63,546 nucleotides of DNA, filler included, from Stramenopiles sp. TOSAG23-6 (GCA_900128565.1; 10 parts of 10 records of this genome joined end to end with filler, not necessarily neighbours in it), one strand, 5' to 3'; positions 37,907 through 49,896 are shown, numbered from the whole stretch's first letter. Numbers and translations are program-made. The notes: generated by a model not told the origin, from the letters alone.

Positions 37907-39409
37907 TTAAAAGAGTGCTCTTCTATTTCTCCCACGTATCCCTGTGGCCAATTCAGTAGATGAAGTATTAGGCGCAATATTATTTTGATTTCCCAGAGGT
38001 GCGGCACTTGGCAAATTCGTACCAAATTTCGTGCCTATTGAATTTTGCATTTGCTGAGTACCACCACCACCCCTATTATTTCCCCAAAGTGTACTCTTTG
38101 TGGCTATCGCCGTTCTTTGCCTACGATTATTTTTCCTAATTTTTCTATTTTCTAAAAAAGAATATGCTTCTGCTTTACTTTGCTGTGCCGAGATTGCGAG
38201 CTTACCCAGTTGACTTTCAGCAGGAAATCCAACACCGTTAGCCATCAAGTTGAGTGATTCTAATGTTTCATTGTTCATTAATCCCTTGACAATTAAAGTA
38301 GCCCTATCAGCTATGCCATTACTGTATAAATTTATATGTTTTATTGTTTTGTTCATCGATAACACGTTTGAAATATCCACAGCTAACCTACGACCTGATA
38401 GATAGTTATAACTTAGATCCAGTTCGGTAAGACAATGGTTTGTTTTTAATGCTTCCAATAATTTTCCAATGCCCATTGTGGGATTTCCACCTATCATATT
38501 TGCAGATAAATTGAGCGACTGTAGTTGAGTTTTTTTTGGTGTACTTTCATTGGATACAACAGCTTTGTCTATATTCACTTCAGGAATACTTTCGTCCTCG
38601 TGTGTATCATTATCATATTTTGTGTTCTCATTTGTAGTGAATGGATCGTGTTCAACAACAGTATTAGAACTACTATCGATAACATCATCAGCTTCAATAG
38701 AGTCGTATAAAACTGTCGCTATGAATAAAACCCCATCGTCCAAAATTCTATTTTTGGCTAAATTTAAGTCTGTTATCGATGGTGTATTGTGGATTATTTC
38801 AGATACAAATTTTGCACCTTCCTCATTTATATCATTACAACTAAGATTTAATACCTTTAAACTAGCTCCGCAATTTGGACTTTCCCAAAGCGCAGTAGCA
38901 AGTTTTGAAACGTCTAGCCAAGTCACTTGATTATTACTCAAATTGAGGGACGTGAGATAAGAATTGTGCTGAATTGCTCTTGATACATGCCTTGCACACC
39001 CTCTGACTTGACCTCCTAAGTATGCTGTGGTCAGCGTGTGGTCGTTGGCGTGGATACGCTGACAAACATTTGCAGGCGAATTATCTACAATACCTCCACC
39101 TTTACCTCGACCTTTATGTAAAAGTGAAGTTATCTTCGTTGGCAATAAATTTCTATATTTTGTTTTACCCGATTTTAATTGACCTCTAACGAGAACACTT
39201 CCACGGCGCAGTTTTCTAGGTTGTTCTAATTTTCTATCTATTAGACTATTACCATCTCTTCGCCTTATTTCAGACACTAAATCTGATGTAGTCACTCCTA
39301 AACCACCAGCTTTAACAGTGTCTGCGTCAAGAAATGGGTCAGGGATAAATTCTTCTTTCTTTTGATTAATTCCACTTTTTAATGTACGAGCAGCAGCACG
39401 GCCAGACAT
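37907..39409 (-). CDS. RI-like leucine-rich-repeat protein
   Basis: Repeated LxxLNLSxNxI units (LTSLNLSNNQV, LKVLNLSCNDI, LTELDLSYNYL). Confidence 0.85.
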   Translation of the reverse strand: MSGRAAARTLKSGINQKKEEFIPDPFLDADTVKAGGLGVTTSDLVSEIRRRDGNSLIDRKLEQPRKLRRGSVLVRGQLKSGKTKYRNLLPTKITSLLHKGRGKGGGIVDNSPANVCQRIHANDHTLTTAYLGGQVRGCARHVSRAIQHNSYLTSLNLSNNQVTWLDVSKLATALWESPNCGASLKVLNLSCNDINEEGAKFVSEIIHNTPSITDLNLAKNRILDDGVLFIATVLYDSIEADDVIDSSSNTVVEHDPFTTNENTKYDNDTHEDESIPEVNIDKAVVSNESTPKKTQLQSLNLSANMIGGNPTMGIGKLLEALKTNHCLTELDLSYNYLSGRRLAVDISNVLSMNKTIKHINLYSNGIADRATLIVKGLMNNETLESLNLMANGVGFPAESQLGKLAISAQQSKAEAYSFLENRKIRKNNRRQRTAIATKSTLWGNNRGGGGTQQMQNSIGTKFGTNLPSAAPLGNQNNIAPNTSSTELATGIRGRNRRALF

Positions 39410-39635
39410 CACGGAATATAGTAATACTATAAATAATGTTGAAATGGAATAATCCTACCTGTTTGTGTATGTTTTTTTACAGGTTTACTTGACTTCTACA
39501 GTTTCAACTTTTTAGTGCCACGACACGTGTCAATCCAGACAGTCAGTCGCGATACTTTATTCAACACCGTCACAACACCAACAACCCAGTTGTAACTAAA
39601 GCTGATTCATTTCATCTGAAAACAATTGGAAATTG

Positions 39636-40427
39636 ATGACAATGTTCTTCAAAGCAGCCATGCGTGTAGCAATCAAACAGCTTGGTCGATCAAACAGTTT
39701 TATTCCGACGCGCCTTCCGTTACTACGTAAACGCTTGGATAATTCCTTTGCGACTCGTTCGTTTAGTAGTAGTATTTGGTTACCTGACGGAGTGGGGAAT
39801 AATCGCAAGACAAAACGGGCTTGGGATGGAGATTATGCTGCAGGGGATCACACATTTCCGGGGACAAGAAGGTTAGATGAAGTAGTTAAACTCCCCCTCC
39901 TTCGGCTAGAATCTACAGAGAATGTGAAAGTCATTTGGGAAACACAGCATGTACATGAAACTGAAGGTGCTGTTGGAACTGCATACACAAAGAGAGAGTT
40001 CGAAACATTCAAACACCGTTCCCATAAACACCCAATGTTTGTATTACCCGTACGTCGTGAAGGTGGTTATATGACAATGTTGACACAGTTTCAAGGCAAC
40101 GCTTGCCTCTTTACTTACCTGGAAGATTATAAAAAAAATCCCCAAAGTGCCCTTCCGTGGTTAGCTATTCATTTATTTGACGATCTCATGGATACACATT
40201 CGATCTGTCTTGCTCGTGGTGAGTTTAGCAAGCCTCATTTAACAAAACCTGAAGCAAATCGATTGATGTCGCTTTTGCATCGTTTTTATATTAATGATGA
40301 TCACTATAAGTTAGTAGCCCAGTTTAATGATTCTCCAAATTTGTTCGATGCTGGGCGACATTTGGGTGACGTCGCTGAACAATATTTTTCCACTGAAGTT
40401 GACAAAAAACAATCGAATGAAAGTTAA
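39636..40427 (+). CDS. ATPAF1: Mitochondrial F1 ATP synthase assembly factor Atp11
   Basis: Arg-rich transit peptide; LDEVVKL, IWE, PMFVLPVRREGGY, LFTYLEDYK, LARGE, FY, FN. Confidence 0.88.
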   Translation: MTMFFKAAMRVAIKQLGRSNSFIPTRLPLLRKRLDNSFATRSFSSSIWLPDGVGNNRKTKRAWDGDYAAGDHTFPGTRRLDEVVKLPLLRLESTENVKVIWETQHVHETEGAVGTAYTKREFETFKHRSHKHPMFVLPVRREGGYMTMLTQFQGNACLFTYLEDYKKNPQSALPWLAIHLFDDLMDTHSICLARGEFSKPHLTKPEANRLMSLLHRFYINDDHYKLVAQFNDSPNLFDAGRHLGDVAEQYFSTEVDKKQSNES

Positions 40428-40734
40428 ACACAATAAAATAGTGAAAAATGACTACACAAAAATATATTTTCAAACTTATCTTCAAATTTATTTTCAGTTT
40501 CTATCATTTTTTGACTTGATTGAATTTGAACCGTTTATAACATTTTTTTTTTACTACGTGTCAAATTTTGCAAAGTGTTACTAACAGTTTTTTACTAACC
40601 AAATATAAATTGATACGCCTAAATATAAACATAAAGTCCATCAATGGGTTACATGAAATCAGTACAGGATATAAAGTCTAACTGGTAATTTCCAAAAATA
40701 GCATATTTCGTGTTGTTTTAGAGGTAGGGTTGTA

Positions 40735-41605
40735 TCAATGACCACAAGATAAAAGTTGTTCATGTATAGTACAAATAAATCGCGATATATCAATGTTTGA
40801 GTTTGAGTTTACATACTTTAGTATTCGTTCCTTTCGTCTTTTCTGTGGTTCATATATTATTTTTTCAACATAATCGGCCAAAGAGATGTAAAATTGAAAA
40901 ATTTCCTTTTCCCCACGAACGGCAATTATTGCACTTCTTTGATTACAAAATGGCTCTAATTTACCTTCGCCTTCACAACATAGCTTTTCATTATCATCAG
41001 CAATGCTGGTTGGGTATTGCGATAATCTATGTTTGCAAATATCTGCTACTAAACGAATTGCTTGCATTTCATTGGATGCATTCAAAGCTCTATAGTAACT
41101 GGTATTAGGATTCTCAAATTTTGATAATTCTAACGCTGTAGCTACAGCAACTCTAGCCCATCCAAATGCATCAACTGTGCCTGGATCTTCCGCATTCATT
41201 GTGACTCTACAGTGTAATGAAGGATGGATGAGTCTGATTCGTCTTTCCAACAAAGGGTCTGGCTCATCGCACTTTTCCTTTTCATCGCTTTCCGTATTTC
41301 CGCATGTATTTTGGAAAAATATTTCAAAAAAAAAAAAACTAAAATTTGTTAGGTGCAACATTTTTATAAAAAAATAAATTCGATTTTTTTTTTTCGGTAA
41401 ATAAAAAAAAAATAAAACATACATTGCTCCAAATCAAAAATAATAGAGACTTCATTCTGACATTTCTTATTTTGTTCCCTATTACTTTCTATAGTAAATC
41501 CATAATGAAGCAAGAACTTTGAATTGCATTTTTTGCCATAGGAGTCCATCACTTGGTTGCCAGTTTTTATTGGAGATATTGAGGTAATACAAAATGACTG
41601 TCTGA
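40735..41605 (-). CDS. C-terminal exons of a SET-domain protein lysine/histidine methyltransferase (SETD3/LSMT-like)
   Basis: GNQVMDSYGKKCNSKFLLHYGF, then a substrate-binding region with YPTSIADD and RGEKEI. Confidence 0.82.
41304..41422 (-). mobile_element. Family intron, GT-AT (AT/AT)
   Basis: DLEQ|CGNTES. Confidence 0.8.
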
Positions 41606-41801
41606 ATGTATTTTGGAAAAATATTTCAAAAAAAATCTAAAAAAATTTGTTAGGTACGAANNNNNNNNNNNNNNNNNNNNNNNNNNNNNNNNNNNNNNNN
41701 NNNNTTAATTAATTAANNNNNNNNNNNNNNNNNNNNNNNNNNNNNNNNNNNNNNNNNNNNAAAAAAAAAAAAAAAAAAAATTTTTTAGGTCGGGAATTTC
41801 C

Positions 41802-41829
<28 letters not shown>

Positions 41830-41841
<12 letters not shown>

Positions 41842-42787
41842 TACCAGCAAGTAAACCACGCTTTTCCTGTCCTTGACGGTTGCTTTTCACATATGTTACA
41901 TCATCGATAACAAACGTCATTGTTAATGCAAATGTTTCCGTAACATTTTTAATATCATTCGAACGGACCTGACACATTGAATACATTTTCCTCGCTTTAA
42001 TAATGCCTTTACTAGCGCTCGCCTTTGCTGCATATAAAGCATCAACGTTGTATTCTTCTTTTGTTTTTCTCGCCAGTTCGATTTCCAGGATTTCAGCTTC
42101 TGCAGTGACGTCGGTTGATAGTTTCGATTGTTTTGGTGTTGGCGACGACAACATTGAACGTTTAGCAGCCAGTAGAGCTTCATTGTCTTTCGTAGTATAC
42201 AATGACCAAGTAGTAGAAACATCATTTCCAAGTTGAAGATATTCTCCATCATCTATCACCTTCTTCCAAAGAAATACGTTTGTAAACACATCAAATTTGA
42301 CGACTTGTTGTTCTCCAGTTGTATTTTTCGTTTGTGTCATAGTTGATACATCAACCTTGTACTTACCATCACGAACATCAACAATAGTTGTTGGCTTTGT
42401 TGTTGTCGGTGCTGTTGGTCTTGTTGGACGTGTAGATAACAAATGCAGACGGTCCAGACGGTCACGGTATTGTTGCTTGAGTATATCAACAAAAGGAGGA
42501 GGAGGAGGTGTAGATAACAAACGCAGACGGTCAAGGTATTCTTGCTTGAGTGTATCAACAAAAGGAGGAGGAGGAGGATTGTGTCTACTGTTTGGGTCAC
42601 GGTATTCTTGCTTGAGTGTATCAACAAAAGGAGGAGGAGAATTGTGTCTACTGTTTTGGGTGTCTTTACTTTCTTGTCTTCTTTGTGGTTTGGTGAAAGC
42701 ACTTGAAGCCCTTGAAGCCGCACTTGAAGCCGTAGCAATGATAACAGTGATTACAATGAATACAAATGAATAATGTAAGTGAATCAT
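41830..42787 (-). CDS. Predicted secreted protein with PPPFVDxLKQEY repeats (3' end broken)
   Basis: Hydrophobic N-terminus and three PPPFVD(T/I)LKQ repeats. Confidence 0.6.
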
Positions 42788-43195
42788 AGTATATTCTTTG
42801 TCGTTTTAGTCTTTTTGTTTGTTTGTATGAGTTTGAAATTTATGCGCTATTGAGTGATAATCGATGCGCTACTTTCAAGAGCAACTACGTACGATTCATT
42901 ACTAGCTAGCTAGGATTCAGGTGTGTGCGTCATAATGCACTGAATCGAAAACGTAAAAATTGTTGTATTTTTCAAAATTTCGTACCAAAATTTCATACCA
43001 ATTTCAAAAATAGCATATTTCGTGTTGTTTTAGAGAATCTCTCGGAGTCGTCGTCTTTGTCAATGTCAAGTCGGAATAAAATTCGATAAAATTGTGATTT
43101 TTTTCATCGAATCATTTTCTATATCATTTTTCTATATACATTATTTGGAATATATTCTCTTTTTTCTTGATTCTTGTTGTAGTATACTATATACA

Positions 43196-43496
43196 TATAG
43201 AGAGGATCTACTCCCAGTGATCAGCCAAAACAGGTTTGTGACAAAACGTGTTTCACCATGATGCATTATATCCTTATGCAACAAGGCATGCTTGTTCAGA
43301 CCACTCCAATGGAGCCAATGTAATGAGCATGCCTTGTTGCATAAGGATATAATGCATTATGATATACTGTTGCAACCTTTTAGAAGCCTTTTAGAAGTAA
43401 AATTTTTTAGGTACGAAATTTTCTACGAAAAAAAAAACATTATTTCGTGTAAATTCTCGCAAAAAGGCTGATCACTGGGAGTAGATCCTCCCTATA
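43196..43496. mobile_element. MITE-like element of about 300 bp with 25-bp perfect TIRs, TA flanks and an internal 32-bp inverted repeat
   Basis: GAGGATCTACTCCCAGTGATCAGCC (43202-43226) is the exact reverse complement of 43466-43490, and pairing extends to TATA on both sides. Internal IR at 43261-43292 / 43326-43357. Confidence 0.85.
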
Positions 43497-43889
43497 CCAA
43501 AATACCAAAATACCAAAATACCAAAATACCAAAAAACAAGGATAAATAATATTGCTATAAAAAAGAAATTTCATATGAAACAATTTTAAAATTTTTAGTC
43601 ATATTTTGTTTATTTTGAAATAAACAAACAATGTTCATATTCAACTAATAATTTTCGTATATAATTACATTCAAAGAATAATTTCATTACTTTTACAATC
43701 TTTATGAATATAGTACTAGTATTTCGTGATTGTACAACTTTTACAACTTTTACAACTATATTTACTCTTTACTCAAAGAAGCATTCTTTCTAAAATGGTA
43801 CAGGATTTTTTGTCATTAGCTCAAATGTACTCAAAGAAGCATTCTATTTTAAAATGGTACAGGATTTTTTGTCATTAGCTCAAATGTAT

Positions 43890-44606
43890 TCAAAGAAGCA
43901 TTCTATTGTAAAATGGTACAGCAATGTTTTTCATCACATCTGTTGCCATGTCCCATTCACTTTGATGAAGACCTGCGAGAATTCTTTGACGTATGCGTTG
44001 AAGTAAATTATTTATATTTGCTTCATTAATATGAGGCCTCAAAGAACCTTCATCTTCATCCCAACGAAAAAAGCCAACGCTATCAAATTCTCCTTGTTTT
44101 CTTTTTTTGTGTCCACATTTTGCGTAATGTCTTAGTATGTGTTCAATATCGTGCTGAATTGTTAAAATTTTATCAGCCCTTTCAGATATTCGTAGATGTC
44201 TCTTAGCTTGTTGAAAATCATTCCATTCGTTTTCGGGCGCAGCAGTACGGATTAGAAAATCCTCAAGGTCCTCTTCCGTTTCATCATCAACTTTCTTTGT
44301 CCTACGAAACTTTACATAAGCTGTACACATATCAAGAGAAACACCAACATTAAATAATCCAGTCCATTCTACAAATTTGTCGCCATTGCTCTCGAAACCA
44401 TTTGTGTGTCTGTGCCATTTATTAGGCCTTCTTCCAACGTCTTCTTCACACTGGTTTTGAGGATGAGAAAAGCCAAGAACCGACTTTAGTGAATCATTCA
44501 GCAACTCACGAGGGAAAGCAAATTTTTTAAACCAGCTTTCGGGGGCTTCCTTGTACTCACAAACTTTACAAATGAGTACACCAGTTAATTCTAAATCGTT
44601 TGTCAT
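43890..44606 (-). CDS. Hypothetical protein, 238 aa
   Basis: ATG-started intronless ORF with no recognised family. Confidence 0.6.
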   Translation of the reverse strand: MTNDLELTGVLICKVCEYKEAPESWFKKFAFPRELLNDSLKSVLGFSHPQNQCEEDVGRRPNKWHRHTNGFESNGDKFVEWTGLFNVGVSLDMCTAYVKFRRTKKVDDETEEDLEDFLIRTAAPENEWNDFQQAKRHLRISERADKILTIQHDIEHILRHYAKCGHKKRKQGEFDSVGFFRWDEDEGSLRPHINEANINNLLQRIRQRILAGLHQSEWDMATDVMKNIAVPFYNRMLL

Positions 44607-44848
44607 TTGAATATTTTGAATATTTCCAGATCAACAAATTTTCTTTGTGTGTTGTAGAACTTGTCAATCCAAAATATTTGTTCTTTAGTTTACAAAATCA
44701 ATCCAATCCAATTTCCAAAAATGACAGCAACCAAACCCAAATTTTTTTAAATCGGCGATTTTCGAACCATTTTAGAGAGAGAGGAGGAGGAGAAAGAAGA
44801 AGAAGAACACTATCAAAATCATCAGGTTTTGACTTTGACTTGATTGTA

Positions 44849-45493
44849 ATGACAATGAAGATATTCAATACACTAGAATGCTATTGTATGCATATAGTAT
44901 GGTATATGGTTCTATTGCACATTTTCTCAACCTTTTCTGTTGTAGATGGTATAGTACAAAAGGTCTCAAATACAACATCCTCAACAACAACAGTTCCATA
45001 CGTTGATCCTGCTCTAGAGGCGAGTAAAGAGGCGATTAAAAAGGATCCTTTGAATGCTACGGGTACTCTCCCAGGATTAATCAATGCATCAACAAAGGAT
45101 AGACCACCACATTATTCAGAATCTTGGGAAGTTTGTTCTAAAAAAGTTTGTTCCAATATTGTACCTAATTTTGAATCTGCAAATTTTGAATTGGAAAGTT
45201 ATAATAGAGAAGAAGCAGCGGCGTGTATATTTGGATGCCGAGTAGTTCTTGAAGGTACAATTGTTCTTCCTAGACATTGTGGTGAATATTGTTTAGGTAT
45301 TTGGGGTGATCCAGCAGTAATGAAGTATGTTTGGGAGAAACCTTCTCAAGGTCAAAAAATTCATTGGGTTAATTTATGTCAAAATTTTTGTTCTCAGTCT
45401 TTGGTGTTGCGTAAGAGTACGATTCATCGTATTCAAGAGCAATACAATACAGTCATGAATAATAGTACAAATCCTTATATAAAAATATCTTGA
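44849..45493 (+). CDS. Predicted secreted or membrane-anchored cysteine-rich protein
   Basis: Hydrophobic segment WYMVLLHIFSTFSVVDG and four CxxxC pairs. The real start is probably ATG 44849 or 44855. Confidence 0.6.
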   Translation: MTMKIFNTLECYCMHIVWYMVLLHIFSTFSVVDGIVQKVSNTTSSTTTVPYVDPALEASKEAIKKDPLNATGTLPGLINASTKDRPPHYSESWEVCSKKVCSNIVPNFESANFELESYNREEAAACIFGCRVVLEGTIVLPRHCGEYCLGIWGDPAVMKYVWEKPSQGQKIHWVNLCQNFCSQSLVLRKSTIHRIQEQYNTVMNNSTNPYIKIS

Positions 45494-45518
45494 TATTGAC
45501 GATATACTTTATTCATTT

Positions 45519-48500
45519 TTATTGTCCTTTTATATTATACGATTTCTGTATTGCTTTTGCACCATTAAAATTAGGAATTTGCTTCACTAAAACTTCAATT
45601 TGGTCTCTTAATCTTCGAATTTCCAACTTTTGAAGTTCAATGACACGTTGATCTTCCTCATTTGAAAATGTTTTACCACGGATTCCTCCCATTGAACTTA
45701 ACGAGTCTCTTGAACCTCTCTTTTGTTGTCTTTTTTGAAATGGTGTTAGTGAAGAACGTCCATTATTCATTCCGTTGTTTTTCGTGTTTTTTCGTTTTGA
45801 ATTTGAATTTGAATTTGAATTTGAATTTAAATTTAAATTTGGACTGGATTTTCTTCTTTGTATTTTAGATGAAGCATTTTGTTTTGACATCTTTTGTCTG
45901 TTTATTTCCAAAAGTTTATTTTCAGATTCAACTTCATGCAAATGTATTTTAATCAGTTTATTCTCTTTTCGAAGAGAATTGCATTCATTAATGAGAATTG
46001 CATTTTGTGAAATGGACCGTTTTTTTTGTTCTTGTAACTTTTCTTTTGTTAATTTTAAAGCTCTTTTTAAAGTTCCAGCCGTTTTTACCATATGTGTTCG
46101 CTGTCGTAATGCTTCTTTTAATGTAGCACTATCTAAATTACCTGGTTTTTGATTATTTGTAATTGCCTCTTCAATTCCTTCTCGTTTTACAAAAGTCCGA
46201 TACATATTTTTCACAGCTTCTTGACAGTCTTTTGCATTTGTTAGTTTCACCGCATTATCAATCACATGTAACACCGCAGTATTTAATCGTTCCTTTTGTC
46301 TATTCATCGTCCTTAACTTTGTTACCTCACTTGCTAATGATTCAACCTTTAAATCTTTGGATTTCATTATACGATCTGAATGTTTTTTAGAAAAATATTT
46401 CAAAAAAAAAATTTAAAAAATTTGTTAGGTACAAAATTTTTTTNCCNAAAAAAAAAANTAANTNCATACTAAAAAAAAAATAATAAAACATACATGCTTT
46501 TTTCCCTGAAACTCTTTAACCAATTCATCATACATTTCCTTTATATGACTTTCTAATTTTGAAATGTGTTCAGAGACTGGACCACGTTCCTCAGTGAGTT
46601 TATTAATTTTATTATCAAGTACATATCTGAAATTATCCAATTTTCTATTATTGGCTCTTAAATGTAGAATTTCAGATTCTTTAATGTTAAGAGATGCCTG
46701 AATTTCTTCAATAGTGTGTTCCCTGTGTTCCAACAAAGCTTCAAGATTTTCTTTGTTTTTTTTGAGTCTTACATTTGTTGTTGCTTGATTGGATAGTAAA
46801 TCTTTCAAATCATTAATAATTTTTTTTTTGTTTTTTAATTTGTTCTTTTGTTCCATCATTTCAGCTTCCTTTTTTGCTTGTTCTTGCCATTCTTTTTCAA
46901 TTGCTATTTTGCTTTTCATTTTCAATTCTCTAATTTCATCTTCATACTCAATTTCTTGTTGCTCTTGCTCCATATCAGATTTCTTTTGATTTTCTGCAAT
47001 TGTTTTTTGTAATTTTGAAATAATTTCATTCGTTTGAAGTTGTTTTTGATGATGTGCTTCACGGATACTATCAATTTCTTGACGTATAACCTCTTCCTGT
47101 TGCCGCAAAGCTTCTTCGCATCTTTGTGTTAATGTTTCCACATCTTCACTAATATTTTCATATCTTTCAATTTCCATACCTATATTGTGAAAAAATATTT
47201 TTTTTTTGAGAAAAATTTGTTAGGTACAAATTTTCGTACGAAAAAAAAATTATTTTTTGTAAAAAAAATTGAAAAAAAAATTGAAAAAAAAAACGTACCT
47301 AATTTTTGTTCGTACACTTCTTCCATATCTTTCTTTACTCGTGAATGTTCTGTGGACCTTCGGACATGCTCCTCTTCTTGATCTTTCGCATATTTTTGAT
47401 GTTTTGCTTGAAACTCTTCAAATTGTTCTTGATGTTGTTGTAATTGAAGTGAAGATTCATCTTGAAGTCGTTTTACTATATTTTGGAAAAATATTTCAAA
47501 AAAAAAATTAAAAACTGTTAGGTACAAAATTTCGTACGAAAACTAAAAAAAAAAACTTTGGAATTAAACCAAAAAAAAAAAAAAATAAAAACATACATTG
47601 TTCTTCCGAATCCGTTTCTTGAACATGTAGATCTAATTTAGCTTTTCTCTTGACAGTTTCAATTGTTGTTTGTAAAGATCGTATTTTATTAGCTGTTGCA
47701 TCAATATCATCTTTTAACTGTAACACAATGTCGGAGTTGAACTGATTCAATCTGGGTTTGGACCATGTAATTTTAGGAAAATATTTCAAAAAAAAATTTG
47801 AAAATTTGTTAGGTACAAAATTCCGTACAAAAACTAAAAAAAAAAAAAATCATACAAAAAAAAAATAAATAAAACATACATGCTTCTTCACGGCCTTGTT
47901 CATTCACGTTGCGTATAGCATTACAAAATAAAGTACCATCAGTGCTTGCAGAAAATAAATACTTTCCATCATCAGTTACGTATTTTGAAAAATATTTCAA
48001 AAAAAAAATCGTTAGGTACGAAATTTCGTACGAAAAAAAAAATCATACAAAAAAAAAAAAAAAAAAAAAAAAAATTTAAAAAAAAAATTTGAAAAAAAAA
48101 AAAACATACATGAATTCGACTATCAGAACCAATCATTACCAGTTGTAATCGATCTGTTTCTGGATCTGTACTTGACACAATTGATGAAAACTGACATGAT
48201 TTTACAACAATCTCAGCTACACGTTCCTTGGTTTGAATATCCCATCCATATACACCACCATCTAAACCAGCAGAAAAGAGATATTTATCATTTGATGGCC
48301 AATACAATTGAGCAACTGGGGCAATGTGGCCAAGAAATGTACATACGCATTCTGCCGTGTATGTGTTAAATACAACAACATTAATACCAGCAGCGCATGC
48401 GAAAAATTGACCTCCATTGGAGAAAGATGCTTGACGACAAAGTTTTAAAGTACTTATATATTTTGGAAAAATATTTCAAAAAAAAAATTTAATTTTTGTT

Positions 48501-48591
48501 AGGTACAAAATTTCGTACGAAAAAAAAAAAATTCATAGTAAAAAAAAAAATTCATAGTAAAAAAAAAAAATAAAACATACATATCGTGTAA
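45519..48591 (-). CDS. CFAP57: Cilia- and flagella-associated protein 57 (WDR65), 3' part, 7 exons visible
   Basis: FSNGGQFFA...GHIAPV...W...DKYLFSAGLDGGVYGW WD40 repeats, then a coiled coil with KLDNFRYVLDNKI and NAILINECNSLR. Confidence 0.85.
46380..48580 (-). mobile_element. Six family introns in CFAP57: 46380-46493 (GT-AT), 47180-47298 (GT-AG), 47476-47596 (GT-AG), 47765-47879 (GT-AT), ~47980-48109 (anomalous), 48456-48580 (GT-AT)
   Basis: Each carries the donor, the GTACCTAAC core and the GAAATATTTT 3' box. Frames join, except that 47980-48109 needs a different register. Confidence 0.82.
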
Positions 48592-48691
48592 NNNNNNNNN
48601 NNNNNNNNNNNNNNNNNNNNNNNNNNNNNNNNNNNTTAATTAATTAANNNNNNNNNNNNNNNNNNNNNNNNNNNNNNNNNNNNNNNNNNNN

Positions 48692-48737
<46 letters not shown>

Positions 48738-48739
48738 TT

Positions 48740-48781
<42 letters not shown>

Positions 48782-48850
48782 TTTTTTTAAAATTTTAAAT
48801 TTTTTTTTTTTCATTTCATGATCCAAATTCATGATGAAAATAGTACTTAC

Positions 48851-49661
48851 ATGTATTTCGTGACTTGTGTCAAAGTTATCCAAATCGTCTGGTGAAAACG
48901 AATGAATTAACTTACCATTAACGCTTCGGCTTTTCCCCACGGCAATGTGGAAATTTCCCGCCACTTTATTCACCGTCATTTATTGTAGACCAATATTGAA
49001 AAAAAAAAACTGTTAGGTACAAAATTTACTATGAAAAAAAAATTCAAAAAAAAAATTTAGTTTTTTTTTGTTAGGTACAAAATTTACTATGAAAAAAAAA
49101 AAATCGAAATTCGAAATTCATAATAAAAACGTCCATGAATCCTTGAAGAGTACAGCCTATTGCATTTTTCTCTATCTCTATTTGTTTCATATGATTTCTA
49201 TTCAGTTGATGGTCGTTTATTTCTTTAGAATGGTTCAGTTGACTTTGCACAGTTTCACCGAGTAGTTTCCCAGTAACATCAATAGAGGTTTTGTGCATTT
49301 CGTGATCCACGTCAAGTTGGTGTTCACCAGCAACGTCCATGGCCACCACATTGACTTTTGAACAGGGTAGAGCTGGAAAAGTGATGTGGAGGTCAATACG
49401 TAGACGATCATCAATTGTACTATCCACTTCAACAATATCAACAAGTTTTGGGGTAAAGTAATGGATACTTTCACTAATGAATAGAAGAAAGCCAATTGAC
49501 ATCATGACCAACGATAAAGTAGCTCCACTTTTTGTACGAATTCTAATACTCTCTTCTAATTTTGGATATACATCAAGTTTTTTTGGTATATATCGAAGAA
49601 CGCTTTGTGCTGCTGAGACTGATGATATTGAGTCTGTTTTGAGTAGATTTCGACGACGCAT
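48851..49661 (-). CDS. ERGIC3: ER-Golgi intermediate compartment protein (ERGIC3/Erv46 family), first 2 exons
   Basis: LDVYPK...RTKSGA, ITFPALPC, DVAGE, GCTLQGF|MTVNKVAGNFHIA, SHEIH. Confidence 0.88.
48978..49134 (-). mobile_element. Family intron with an apparent GG donor and AT end; core duplicated
   Basis: TTC AT|GGACGT...CAATAAAT|G ACG GTG AAT AAA restores GFMTVNKVAGNFH. Confidence 0.65.
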
Positions 49662-49896
49662 CGCAAAATTCTTCGTACGTATAAGAGTAGAAATCTCTTT
49701 TGACTTTATATTTTTTCTTATTTTTTTTGAAGATGATGATCAAAGTTTTTTTTTTGATTGATTTTTTTCGCAAAAATCGCAAAAATTTCGAAATTTTTAT
49801 ACGTTTTTTTTTCCAATCTTAAATCGCGCTGACGTTATAGGACCCTACCTACTACGCGCATTATACAGTTATACCATTTGATTTAATTATTTCAAC

